Shown here one piece after another: positions 1 through 9,766 of a stretch of DNA of 50,055 nucleotides (position 1 is its first letter; the number at the start of each line of letters is the position of its first letter). This DNA comes from Verrucomicrobiota bacterium. GTDB lineage: Bacteria > Verrucomicrobiota > Verrucomicrobiia > Limisphaerales > Palsa-1400. The translations under genes were made by a program, and so were the position numbers. The notes under the pieces are model-generated. The model was not told the origin of the DNA, ran no database searches, and saw only the letters and a program-made list of their open reading frames with translations. Location of the stretch: positions 1-50,055 of the forward strand of contig JBEKYR010000041.1 in the NCBI GenBank assembly GCA_049510745.1, written 5' to 3'.

Positions 1-175
1 ACAAGTTACAATTGTGTGACAATGGCGCGGCGTTTCTGTGTCAATCGAATTTCCTGGCGGCCCCGCGCCAACGGCGGCACGGAGCGGCTCAAAAGCATAC
101 CCCATGCCGAACACAGCTGATTTTCAATGGCCAATTTTCAATGGCCTCCCAAAGCGGTCCGATTATTACTGTCGG

Positions 176-1135
176 TCATTCGCGCGGCAGTGGCGGAAAG
201 GGCGGAAGGCCCGGCGGCATCGGGGGCATCGGCGGCAGTTTTTCCACCAACTCGCGCCACAATTGCCGTTCATGGGCGGTCATGGCCTCCCATCTCTGGG
301 CGTTCCTCAGAAATTGGTTTCGCTCCTCCGTCGTCAGGGCGGCGAACTTGCGAAACGAGGCGATGCACGCCTGCCGGTCAGCCGGCGGCAGCCGGTCAAA
401 CGCCCGCAACGCCTGCTCCATGTCGCGCCGTTCCGCCTCGGACATGGCATTGATCGTTTGCTGTTGCTCGCGTCCAGTCAAGGTGAAGAAATGCCGGAAC
501 TGCTCGCACAACCCGGCCCGCTGCTCCTCCGGCAGCGCCTGCCACCGTTCCCATTGCTCCGCCCATCGGGCGCGCCGCCCGGCCGGCAGTTTGTCGAGCA
601 TATCCTTCTGGCCGGCCGGCGAGCGGGCGGCCCATTCGAGATAGGTCCGGATAAAATCCTCCTTTTCCAGGAGCGCCTTGCGGGTCGCGGCGGGCAATTC
701 ATCCCATTGCGCCAGCGGCCCCAGGATCATCGGCTGGTCGAGGGGCGACACTTGCTTCAACTCCGCCGCGCGGGCCGCCTTGTCCAGCCGCATCAAATTG
801 AGCAGGCGCCAATGCAATTCGGTCTGGTGCAGGCGCGCTTCGCGGACGGCGCGGGGCAGGGCCTCGTATTCGCGCACTTTGTCCAGGACCGCCTTTGTTT
901 CCTCGGCGGATTTGCCGGCCAGAACCCGTTCCCGCTCCGCCGGTGTCATGCCCAATAGGCCGCGAAAGTATTCCACGGGCGAGAGATGATGCAGAGTCAC
1001 CCCGGCGCCGACGGTTTGATACCAGTGCGGTGGCGGCGGCGGGCCGGGAAGGTTGGTCGAGTCCGACTCGCCTTGCCCGAAGCAGGCCGCGCTGAGGAGA
1101 AGCGCCGCGGCAAATGGAAGGGCTGGCTGGCGCAT
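176..1135 (-). CDS. DUF3106-like secreted/periplasmic helical-repeat protein
   Basis: Signal peptide; repeated W/F helical units (WQALPEEQR, FDRLPPADR, WEAMTAHER); third gene of an ECF/anti-sigma operon. Confidence 0.7.
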   Translation of the reverse strand: MRQPALPFAAALLLSAACFGQGESDSTNLPGPPPPPHWYQTVGAGVTLHHLSPVEYFRGLLGMTPAERERVLAGKSAEETKAVLDKVREYEALPRAVREARLHQTELHWRLLNLMRLDKAARAAELKQVSPLDQPMILGPLAQWDELPAATRKALLEKEDFIRTYLEWAARSPAGQKDMLDKLPAGRRARWAEQWERWQALPEEQRAGLCEQFRHFFTLTGREQQQTINAMSEAERRDMEQALRAFDRLPPADRQACIASFRKFAALTTEERNQFLRNAQRWEAMTAHERQLWRELVEKLPPMPPMPPGLPPFPPLPRE

Positions 1136-1141
1136 GGTTCC

Positions 1142-1657
1142 TTATTGCAGGACGGCGAGCAAATCGTCGTCCGCCACTTTCACTTTGTTGAGGCGTTCAA
1201 TCGTGTCGAAGTCCTTTAACCATTCCATCCGCGGCAAGGCGGCCAGACGGCTGACGCTGGCCAGGTCGCGGGCCGCTTGCGCGCGTTGCGCCAGTTGATG
1301 ATACCCGCGGAAAGAAAGAAGGCCCACACACACCATGGCCGCCCCCAGCGCGCAACGCGGAAGCCACATGGCGGGGGCCGGGGGCCACGACGCCAGCCAT
1401 CGCCGCCAGCCGGACCGGGCGGGAGCGTGTTGCGCCGCTTGCATCACCCGGGCGGTGAAATTCGACGAAACCCGCGCGGCGGGAAGGCGGTGCAAGAGCC
1501 GGTCCAAGGCGGCTTCCTCTTCCCACCGGCCCTGGAGTTCGGGATGGGCGGCCAGGCATTGGCGCAGCCGGGCCAATTCCGGCGGGGTCAAGGGCCGGCG
1601 CCAACTGATTTCTTTGAGGTTCTGAAAATCCGTGTCCCGCATGTTCGCATTGATCAT
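1142..1657 (-). CDS. Putative membrane-anchored anti-sigma factor
   Basis: ATG at 1657 overlaps the sigma stop (ATGA); 'VSSNFTARVM' segment followed by one TM helix. Confidence 0.7.
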   Translation of the reverse strand: MINANMRDTDFQNLKEISWRRPLTPPELARLRQCLAAHPELQGRWEEEAALDRLLHRLPAARVSSNFTARVMQAAQHAPARSGWRRWLASWPPAPAMWLPRCALGAAMVCVGLLSFRGYHQLAQRAQAARDLASVSRLAALPRMEWLKDFDTIERLNKVKVADDDLLAVLQ

Positions 1658-2292
1658 AAACACCGTTTTCCTTCCAGAGTTTCGGGGGCCTCCTCCTGCC
1701 AGGCGCCGCTTTGCAGATAAGGTTTGAGCTTCTCTTTGAGGGTTTCGCGCCCGCGATGGATGAGGGACTTGGTGGCCGAGAGCGAGCACCCCAGCACACA
1801 GGCGATGTCCTCGTAGGAAAGTTCCTCCTCCCGGCAGAGGACAATCGCCAACCGCTGTTTATCAGGCAGTTGCGCCAGCGCCTCTTGAATCTTCGCCTCC
1901 AATTCCACCTGGAGAAACGCCTGCGGCGCCGCAATGTCCCTGGTATCCGGGAATTGCCGCGGCGCCTGCTCCTCGCTCTCGGCCTGGCTGGCCTCCAGCG
2001 ATTCCGCCCGATGCCGTCCGCGCCGCCGGATTTCGTTCAAGCACAAATGGCGGGCGATGGTGAAAATCCAGGTGGAGAATTTCGCCGAAGCCTTGTAGCG
2101 CGGGGCGGATTGGAAGACGCGGATGAAGACGTTTTGAGCCAGGTCCTCGGCTTCGTCCAAATCCCGGAGCATGCGGTACATCAAGTTGACGATGGGCTGC
2201 TTGTATTTGCCGACCAATTCCTCAAAAGCCCGCGCCTCTCCGCCTTTAACGCGAAGCATCAGTGCGGCATCGGGGTCCGTGGGCGCGGCCAT
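1654..2292 (-). CDS. ECF sigma-70 factor (RpoE-like)
   Basis: Region 2 'AEDLAQNVF...FSTWIFTIARH'; region 4 'LSYEDIACVLGCSLSATKSLIHRGR'. Confidence 0.93.
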   Translation of the reverse strand: MAAPTDPDAALMLRVKGGEARAFEELVGKYKQPIVNLMYRMLRDLDEAEDLAQNVFIRVFQSAPRYKASAKFSTWIFTIARHLCLNEIRRRGRHRAESLEASQAESEEQAPRQFPDTRDIAAPQAFLQVELEAKIQEALAQLPDKQRLAIVLCREEELSYEDIACVLGCSLSATKSLIHRGRETLKEKLKPYLQSGAWQEEAPETLEGKRCL

Positions 2293-2392
2293 TTGGTACT
2301 AATGTAACCAAACACCGCCCGCGGGACAAGGTTGCGCGGGCCGTTTAACTTTGAACCTTGAACTTGCCGGGGGCGGGTTTATTTTCGAGGGC

Positions 2393-3049
2393 ATGAGACG
2401 AGTCGCCGTTTTTCTGGGGGTCATGGTTTCACTTTTTGCGCGGGCCGCCAACGCCCAGGCGCCCGCCACCAACGACGGCGCCCCCGCCAGCCCCGCCGCG
2501 GCCATCGCCGCCAAGGAAGGGGCGCAGGAGCGCTATGAACGCATGGCGGCGGACATCCAGGCGCTGCAGGCCGCCAATGACGCCTTGCAGACCAAGATCA
2601 ACCTGATCGCCGCGGAGGTGCAGGATTTGCGCAACCAACAACTCCAGGCGGCCAGCAATTCGACCGTCCAGGAACAGTTGAAGGTCCTGGCGGACAAAAT
2701 CGCGGAAGTGGACAGGAAACGCGAGGAAGACAAGCAGGCCATTTCCGAAGAAATCCGCAAGTCGATGGCCGCGTTGGAGAAGGCGCTCGCCGCCAGCGCC
2801 GCCCCCAGCCGCCCGCCGTCCAAACCAACGCCCGAACCCGAAGCGCCTGCCGGGGACAAAGGATTCCTCTACACCATCCAGTCCGGCGACAACCTTTCCC
2901 TCATCGTCAAAACCTACAACGCGGATTTCAAGAGCAAGGGCCTCAAACCGATCACGCTCAAACAGGCCCAGGAGGCCAATCCCGACGTGGATTGGAACCG
3001 CCTGCGCGTCGGACAAAAGATCATCATCCCGCGCCCCGCCAGCGAGTAG
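2393..3049 (+). CDS. Secreted coiled-coil + LysM protein
   Basis: Signal peptide, coiled coil, C-terminal LysM 'YTIQSGDNLSLI...RLRVGQKIIIP'. Confidence 0.85.
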   Translation: MRRVAVFLGVMVSLFARAANAQAPATNDGAPASPAAAIAAKEGAQERYERMAADIQALQAANDALQTKINLIAAEVQDLRNQQLQAASNSTVQEQLKVLADKIAEVDRKREEDKQAISEEIRKSMAALEKALAASAAPSRPPSKPTPEPEAPAGDKGFLYTIQSGDNLSLIVKTYNADFKSKGLKPITLKQAQEANPDVDWNRLRVGQKIIIPRPASE

Positions 3050-3101
3050 GAAGGGGCATCTTAAGCTTGCCGCCGCGAGAAAAAAGCGGTTAGCTCCGCC
3101 C

Positions 3102-4211
3102 GTGGATTCCCGCGAAGCATTCATTGCGTTGAACATGATCGGCGGCATCGGCCCGGTGACCGTGCGCAAGTTGCTGGAGCATTTGGCCGACGCCCCCGCC
3201 ATCCTCCGCGCCAGCCCGGCCCAATTGCAGAAGGTGCCCGGCATCGGCCCGGAAACCGCCGCGGCCATCGCCGGCTGGGAGAAGAACATCGACCTGGCCG
3301 GCGAACTCAAGCGCATCGAACAATTCGGCTGTCAAATCGTCATTCAATCGGACGAAAACTACCCGGAATTGCTCAAGCAGATTTACGATCCGCCGCTGGC
3401 GCTCTACGTCAAGGGCGACCTTTGCGCCAAGGACAAGAACGCGGTCGCCATCGTCGGCTCGCGCATGACGACGCATTACGGGGTCGAGGCCGCGCGCAAG
3501 CTGGCCTATCAACTGGCCTACATCGGCGTGACCATTGTCAGCGGCGGCGCGCGCGGCATCGACACCGCGGCCCATCAAGGGGCGCTCCACGCCAAAGGCC
3601 GCACGCTGGCCATTTTGGGCACGGGCATCAACCTCATTTTCCCGTCCGAAAACGCCGAACTCTTCGAGAAGATCGCCGCAAACGGCGCGTTGCTGACCCA
3701 ATTCCCTTTCAACCGCAAGGCCGACAAGCAAAGCTTCCCCATCCGCAACCGATTGGTCGCGGGCATGACGCTGGGCACCGTGGTGGTCGAGGCCAACCTC
3801 ACCAGCGGCGCGCTGATCACCGCGCGGATGGCCAACGACTGCGGCCGCCAGGTTTTCGCCGTGCCCGGCCGCATCGATTCGCCGCGCAGCAAAGGCTGCC
3901 ACGACCTGATCAAAAACGGCGGCGCCAAACTCTGCGAAAGCGCCGAGGACATCCTCTGCGAATTCGAGTACCTTTTCCCCTCCAGCAAGCTCCCGTCGAT
4001 GCTGCACGACGCGCCGAATCTGCCGGCGTTCTCGCTCTCGGAAAACGAGGCGGCCGTCTATGATTTGATTGACAAGGACGGGACGCCCATCGACGACATC
4101 ATCCGGGGCGGCGGTTTGCCGGCGTCGGCGGTGGCGGTGGCGCTGCTGGGCCTGGAGATGAAGCGCCTGATCAAGCAATTGCCCGGCAAAGTCTTTGTGC
4201 GCAACGGCTGA
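3102..4211 (+). CDS. dprA: DNA-processing protein DprA
   Basis: 'VAIVGSR', 'IVSGGARGIDTAAH', 'FPIRNRLVAG', 'VVVEA...SGALITA'. Confidence 0.95.
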   Translation: MDSREAFIALNMIGGIGPVTVRKLLEHLADAPAILRASPAQLQKVPGIGPETAAAIAGWEKNIDLAGELKRIEQFGCQIVIQSDENYPELLKQIYDPPLALYVKGDLCAKDKNAVAIVGSRMTTHYGVEAARKLAYQLAYIGVTIVSGGARGIDTAAHQGALHAKGRTLAILGTGINLIFPSENAELFEKIAANGALLTQFPFNRKADKQSFPIRNRLVAGMTLGTVVVEANLTSGALITARMANDCGRQVFAVPGRIDSPRSKGCHDLIKNGGAKLCESAEDILCEFEYLFPSSKLPSMLHDAPNLPAFSLSENEAAVYDLIDKDGTPIDDIIRGGGLPASAVAVALLGLEMKRLIKQLPGKVFVRNG

Positions 4212-4311
4212 GGTGCCGGCTTCTTTAACCGGTTTTGCGGGCAAGGTTCCGCGGCTCCCTCCGACTTTGAGTTGAAATGCGCGGGCGCCTCCGCTACCAT
4301 TGCGCGCGAAT

Positions 4312-5094
4312 ATGAAACTGTCTCTTGCCGATGTCATTGGGCGCGTCCCGTATCGTGTGGCCCTGGCGGGCGGGTGGATCGATCAGCCGTTTGTCTCGCG
4401 CCGCAATGGCCGGCCGCCCGGTTCGATGGTGGTGGTGGGGCTGGAGCCGGCGTTTCGATTCATGGACCGCTCCGGCTTTGCCACCGGCACGCGGGCGGTG
4501 GCGATGAAATTGTGGCGCGGCCGGCTGCCGCACCGCGCCGCCAGCCAACTGGTCCGCGAGTTGTATGAGGCGGAGAACGAGCACAAGCGCCACCCCAGCG
4601 GTTCGCAGGACATGATCGGCCTGATCTATCCCGGCATTAACCGGCTGGATTACGATTTCGCCGCCAACGGGGGCGTGTTTCCGTCGCATATCGAGCCGCT
4701 GCGGAGCGCGGCGGCCGCGCGCTGGCTGGAATCGGTGCTGCACGTCTTGCCGGTCGAGCCGCGTCCGCCCGGCTACAGTCCTCTTATCAAGAAGAATCTC
4801 GACCCGGCCTGGATCGCGCGCCTCGGCCAGACGGGCAGGGATTGCTTCGACGCCATCCGCGCGCGGGACATTTGCGCCCTGGGCGCCTGCCTCAACGATT
4901 GCATGGTTTGCTGGGAAACCATTCTGCCCGGCACCATGCGGCACCCCGCCCTCAAGGCGGACCTGGCGGGAATGCTGCGCGCCTATCAGCGGGAATACTG
5001 CGGGGCGATGTATTCCGGCTGCGGCGGCGGCTATCTGTTGGTGGTGTCCAAAAAGCCGGTGCCCGGCGGCTTGCGCATCCGCATCCGGAGGTGA
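4312..5094 (+). CDS. GHMP-family kinase-like protein (sugar-phosphate kinase-like)
   Basis: 'PYRVALAGGWID', 'SGSQD', C-terminal 'SGCGGGY' GHMP-type motifs. Confidence 0.7.
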   Translation: MKLSLADVIGRVPYRVALAGGWIDQPFVSRRNGRPPGSMVVVGLEPAFRFMDRSGFATGTRAVAMKLWRGRLPHRAASQLVRELYEAENEHKRHPSGSQDMIGLIYPGINRLDYDFAANGGVFPSHIEPLRSAAAARWLESVLHVLPVEPRPPGYSPLIKKNLDPAWIARLGQTGRDCFDAIRARDICALGACLNDCMVCWETILPGTMRHPALKADLAGMLRAYQREYCGAMYSGCGGGYLLVVSKKPVPGGLRIRIRR

Positions 5095-5100
5095 CACTGG

Positions 5101-5922
5101 ATGGAGCCGAAGCACATTGCCGTCACCGGCGCGTTTGACGATCCGCGTTCGCGCGATCTGCGCTTTCTCGAAGAAGCCTCCAAACGCGGGCCGCTGACCG
5201 TCTTGCTCTGGTCCGATGAAGCGGTCGAGTCGGCGACGGGCCGGCGTCCGAAGTTTCCCCTGGCCGAGCGGCTCTATTTTCTGAACGCGGTGCGCTATGT
5301 CAGCCGCGTCCTGCCCGTCGCGGGGGCGGTCCGTCCGGACGCGCTGCCCGCCGCGGCCGGTTTTCGGGCGGACGTTTGGGCCGATGCACCGTCCGACGCC
5401 ACCGAAGCGCGGCGCGCTTTCTGTCAAGCACACGGATTGGAGCATTGGGTTTTGGCCCCGGAGCGGCTGCGGGGTTTTCCCGCGCCGGAGGTTCCCGCCG
5501 CGCCGTCCCATCGAAAAAAGGTCATCGTCACCGGCTGTTTTGACTGGCTGCATTCGGGGCACGTGCGGTTTTTTGAGGAAACCAGCGGTTACGGGGACCT
5601 GTATGTGATTGTCGGGCACGACGCGAATATCCGGCTGCTCAAGGGCGGCGGCCACCCGCTGTTGCCGCAGGAGGAACGGCGTTATCTGGTTGGCTCGATC
5701 CGATATGTCACCGGCGCGCTCGTTTCCAGCGGGGAAGGCTGGCTGGATGCCGCGCCGGAAATTCAACGGCTGCAACCGGACATTTACGCGACGAACGAGG
5801 ACGGCGACAAAGGAGGCAAGCGGGACTATTGCCGCGAGCATGGCATCGAGTATCTGGTGCTCAAACGCGCGCCCGCGCCCGGCCTGGCGCCACGCACCAG
5901 CACGGACCTGCGGGGCTTTTGA
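5101..5922 (+). CDS. Tandem-domain cytidylyl/adenylyltransferase-family protein
   Basis: Domain 1 degenerate 'TGAFDDPRSRD'; domain 2 intact 'TGCFDWLHSGH' (HxGH). Confidence 0.8.
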   Translation: MEPKHIAVTGAFDDPRSRDLRFLEEASKRGPLTVLLWSDEAVESATGRRPKFPLAERLYFLNAVRYVSRVLPVAGAVRPDALPAAAGFRADVWADAPSDATEARRAFCQAHGLEHWVLAPERLRGFPAPEVPAAPSHRKKVIVTGCFDWLHSGHVRFFEETSGYGDLYVIVGHDANIRLLKGGGHPLLPQEERRYLVGSIRYVTGALVSSGEGWLDAAPEIQRLQPDIYATNEDGDKGGKRDYCREHGIEYLVLKRAPAPGLAPRTSTDLRGF

Positions 5923-6348
5923 ACAGGCCGCGTCCTTCGCGGGTGAGATGAGAAGTGGCGCTTGGCCCCACCCCCCCTGCTTTAAGGAAAAGTTTTGAAG
6001 TTTGAATCAGTGAATGAGTGAGTGGGGCAATGGAGGCGGGGGATTGCTGCGAAGGAACGCAAGGAGCACAAAGAGAATGACTTACAAACGAACCAGGAAT
6101 GATGGAAAAAAATTCGAGCAAAAAGATTGCCCTTTTTAATCTTGCCGCCAGCCGCCCGTTTGTTTACCGCCGTGGCTCTGGCGAGGATTGAAAAAGCGAT
6201 TGTTTGAGCCGCCGCCGCGGTCGCTGAAATCAACGGGAGAAGTTAAGAAACGGGCGGTCCGATGGGTGGCCCCTGCGACAGTTTGGGGTTGGCGATAACG
6301 CCTTGCGTGCTCTTTGCCTGTGAGTCGAGTGCGATTTGGCCAATTCTT

Positions 6349-6363
6349 GTTTGACCCCTTTGA
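6349..6363. repeat. TGACCCC-type end motif GTTTGACCCCTTTGA
   Basis: 15-bp exact match to 27871-27885, with similarity extending upstream (gcca(a)ttct); about 30 bp from the stop of an accessory gene. Confidence 0.7.
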
Positions 6364-6394
6364 TTCGCCCAGGCCCGCAAACTTCGCTGGCTTT

Positions 6395-9300
6395 TCAGGG
6401 TTGAACTGCCCTGAAGAACTGCATTTGGTTCGTTGCGCCGTTGAGGTTGATGCTCTGGAACATGTCAGTCAAAGTCACGCTTCCCACCGTGCTCCAGGAG
6501 TTCCGGTCGGCCAGGTTCGTGGTGGCGACCAGATCATAGGTCACGCCGGGATTGCCGTAGAGCGTGAGTGCCCGGCTCGAATTGGTTCCCAGCGAGGCGT
6601 CCAACAGCGACTGGCGGTCGATCACCACCAGGCGTCCCATTTGGGCGAGGAGATTTGTTGCCGGAGAATTGTTTGAAGCCACTGCGCTGATGTTGGCAAC
6701 CGTCAGCGGGACAAACGCAGAGGCGCCAGGCAGTGTGTCCAGGCAAATCGAGCCGAGGACCGCAGTGCCTTGCAACGTCTGGCCACGCTGGATGCCAAAG
6801 GTGAATTGCGTGTGGGAAGGATCAAGCGCAATTGCTGCCGCGGAAGCAACCACGGAATTACTCGGCGTAATGTTCCAGTTTGTAAGAAATCCACTCGGAT
6901 AAGCCAGGGTAAAATTCAAGTTCGTCAGGCCGACCGTAGCCACCAGACTCACCGGTACACAAGTGTTCTGGCCCGCTTGCACCACGCTTGAGCCAATGCT
7001 TACCTCGACGCAGTCGCCCACGCTCACGCTGAAGGTCATCGAGTTGCTCAGCGGAGGGGTGCCGCTGTCCATGGCCCAGACGGTAATCAGGTTGGTGGTG
7101 CTGCCCTGTTCGCATGTGGGTATCCATGTGAAAACGCCGTCTGCTGTGATACTGGCTCCGGCGGGAGCGTCGGAAGCAAGCATGAATGAAATAGGTCCAT
7201 TGGCACTATACGCGTAGTTGGTAACGATAACCCCTTGATTGACGTTCACGAACTGGTTGGAAACGTTGACGGTTAGCGGCGGACTATTGGTCGGCAAAGC
7301 AACCACGCTCACGGCGTCCAGCGCGACGCTAGTGTCGTAGGCCGGAGTGGAAGTATCTGTAAAAACGAGAGTTGTGTTGGTGGTTCGCGCGGAAAATGTC
7401 ACCCGAACTGTGGACCACACCTCCTCATATGGAGGGATGTAAGCAGTCTCGTTGCTGGCCAAAAGTGAGCCATCGCTGGCCAACATCGTCAACGTAAGGC
7501 TTTTGAGATTACCGCCATTGTAAAAAATCGCGGGTGCCACCGAGTACGTCACTAGATAAGTCTCTCCGATTATCGTGCTAAACGTTTGATACACAGCTCC
7601 CTCTGGCGGCGCGTTCTGCGAATCAAAAACCACCCATTGTTGTCCGTCCGCCGGGTTCAACCCGGAAAAGGATCCCGTGAATAAAAAAACCTCGTTTACG
7701 GTCCCGCCGATGGTCCACCCCGTCAGCCATGTGTCGCCCGGGCCAGCGTATCTATCATTTCCGGAGGTAATCACCGGAACCTCGAAACCTCCATTTATGA
7801 GCAGGCCCACTTCCAGAACTGCCGCGAGGCTGGTGATGCTGCCATACGCATTGGTCACGATGACTGAATAATTGCCGGCATTGGCGAGTTGGGCGTTGGT
7901 CACGATGTAGCTGCTGTTCGTCGCCCCGGAAATACTCGCGTTGTTGAACAACCATTGATACGCCAATGGCGCCGCTCCATCCGCCACAACGCTGAAGGTT
8001 GCGGTTGCGCCCTGAGCCACCTGTTGGTTTTCCGGCTGGGTGACAATGAAGGCACTAGCAGACGTCAAACTGACAGACGCCATTTGCAGACCGGAAAGCA
8101 CGGAATACAAGCTGGCTCCAGTTTCCGCTGTAATGGTGATCGCCTGCCCGGCGGAAATGCTCACATTGGTGAACTCCACATACTGCACCCCTTCCTGCCA
8201 CACCGAAGAAAGCCAGCCGGGACCGTTGATCGTCGCCTCACTCCCATAACTCTGCGAGCCTACCGTGATCTGAAAAACGCTGTTTTGGTTGTCCTCATTC
8301 CCGTGTCCGTAGAGATAAAAGTCATACCCGCCCGCAGCTAGATTGGTGACCGTCACCGAGATGTCGGGATATTGGTCGCCAGTGTCGCTCACTAAATAAT
8401 TTCCGTACATGGGATCAGACGCCCCGTTTCCATTGTTTCCCTGGACATAGGCGACCATCACTCCTGCGCCTGACGTACTGCCATCCATAAACTTCATGTT
8501 GGGCAACGATCCGGACCCCGGGAAACCGTGACCGGTAATTGTCGTGCATGTATTCCAGAAATCGTTGGTGGTCACTCCAGTGGCGGCAAATCCCGTCTTG
8601 CCCGTGACCGAAGCGGTCGTGAAAGCCACATCAATAACCGTGGTAACCGGCGTAATGACGTTTAGTGCCGCCACGGCACTGGTAAGGCTGCCATATGAAT
8701 TGGTTATGATGACCGAATAATTGCCTACATCGGCGGGTTGGGCGTTGGTAACGATGTAGGTGCTGTTCGTCGCCGCAGAAATATTGGTGTTGTTAATCAG
8801 CCATTGATACGCCAATGGCGCCGCTCCTCCCGCCACAACGCTGAAGGTTGCGGTTGCGCCTTGAGCCACCGCTTGGTTCGTCGGTTGGCTGACAACGAAG
8901 GGTCCGGAAGATGACGGGCTGACGGGCGCCATTTGCAGACCGGAAAGCACGGCATAGCCACCGGCTCCCGGTTCCACCATAATGGTGATCGTCTGACCGG
9001 CGGAGACGCTCACATTGGTGAACTTCACATACTGCACCCCTTCCTGCCACACTGAAGAAAGCCAGCCGGGACCATTCGTCGTCGCCTCACTCCCATAGTT
9101 CTGCAAGCCAACCGTGATCTGAAAAACGCTGTTTTGGTTGTCCTCATTCCCGTGTCCGTAGAGATAAAAGTCATACGTACCCGCAACCAGTTCGGTTACG
9201 GTTACCGTCACTGTGATGTTCCCGCCTTGGGTGTACAGATAAGTTGCATACATGGGATCAGACGCCCCGTTTCCATACACTCCCCCGACATTGGCGACCG

Positions 9301-9562
9301 TCAATCCTGCGCCCGACGCCGTGTCATTTACGAGTTTTAAGCTCGGCGATGCTCCTGAACCCGGATTCAAACTATTAACGCCGCCGACAGTGCAGGTATT
9401 CCAGAAATCGTTGGTGGTCATTCCTGTGGCGGCAAAGCCCGTCTTGCTCGTAACTGATGCACTCGTGAAAGCCACATCAATGAGAGTGCCAGCGCTCGAC
9501 GTCATGGCAGCGGCCAGAAGGACCACCGCGAAAAGCAGGTTAATACACCTTAAATTGCGCAT
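6395..9562 (-). CDS. Large secreted Ig-domain protein with duplicated N-terminal module, DUF642-like and cohesin-like regions
   Basis: Signal peptide; Ig I-set motifs 'QPTNQAVAQGATATFSV...YQW...GNYSV'; 283-aa internal repeat; ends 'QFFRAVQP'; lower GC than neighbours. Confidence 0.85.
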   Translation of the reverse strand: MRNLRCINLLFAVVLLAAAMTSSAGTLIDVAFTSASVTSKTGFAATGMTTNDFWNTCTVGGVNSLNPGSGASPSLKLVNDTASGAGLTVANVGGVYGNGASDPMYATYLYTQGGNITVTVTVTELVAGTYDFYLYGHGNEDNQNSVFQITVGLQNYGSEATTNGPGWLSSVWQEGVQYVKFTNVSVSAGQTITIMVEPGAGGYAVLSGLQMAPVSPSSSGPFVVSQPTNQAVAQGATATFSVVAGGAAPLAYQWLINNTNISAATNSTYIVTNAQPADVGNYSVIITNSYGSLTSAVAALNVITPVTTVIDVAFTTASVTGKTGFAATGVTTNDFWNTCTTITGHGFPGSGSLPNMKFMDGSTSGAGVMVAYVQGNNGNGASDPMYGNYLVSDTGDQYPDISVTVTNLAAGGYDFYLYGHGNEDNQNSVFQITVGSQSYGSEATINGPGWLSSVWQEGVQYVEFTNVSISAGQAITITAETGASLYSVLSGLQMASVSLTSASAFIVTQPENQQVAQGATATFSVVADGAAPLAYQWLFNNASISGATNSSYIVTNAQLANAGNYSVIVTNAYGSITSLAAVLEVGLLINGGFEVPVITSGNDRYAGPGDTWLTGWTIGGTVNEVFLFTGSFSGLNPADGQQWVVFDSQNAPPEGAVYQTFSTIIGETYLVTYSVAPAIFYNGGNLKSLTLTMLASDGSLLASNETAYIPPYEEVWSTVRVTFSARTTNTTLVFTDTSTPAYDTSVALDAVSVVALPTNSPPLTVNVSNQFVNVNQGVIVTNYAYSANGPISFMLASDAPAGASITADGVFTWIPTCEQGSTTNLITVWAMDSGTPPLSNSMTFSVSVGDCVEVSIGSSVVQAGQNTCVPVSLVATVGLTNLNFTLAYPSGFLTNWNITPSNSVVASAAAIALDPSHTQFTFGIQRGQTLQGTAVLGSICLDTLPGASAFVPLTVANISAVASNNSPATNLLAQMGRLVVIDRQSLLDASLGTNSSRALTLYGNPGVTYDLVATTNLADRNSWSTVGSVTLTDMFQSINLNGATNQMQFFRAVQP
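7810..9484 (-). repeat. Intragenic tandem duplication (2 units, 849-bp offset)
   Basis: For example 8161-8246 nearly identical to 9010-9095; boundaries approximate. Confidence 0.85.
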
Positions 9563-9766
9563 AATCCGATCTTTTGGTTGAATGCTCGATTAACCAAGCA
9601 AACTCGGCTTGGCCACCCACCTTATGGAAAAGCCTCTTTAACGTTAAATGTTTAAACCTCCAACTTCAAGGCGATAATAAGCACCAGAATAACTTCGAAC
9701 GGAAAAGCACACACACTTCGCTTTCCCATTGCCCGACCGCCTGACCGCCGCTACGATTCGGCAAAC

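Noticed and set aside
9645..9661. AATGTTTAAACCTCC as the partner end motif of the 6395-9562 gene
   Set aside because: Only 8 bp match the motif and the GGGGT head is missing; too weak to count.
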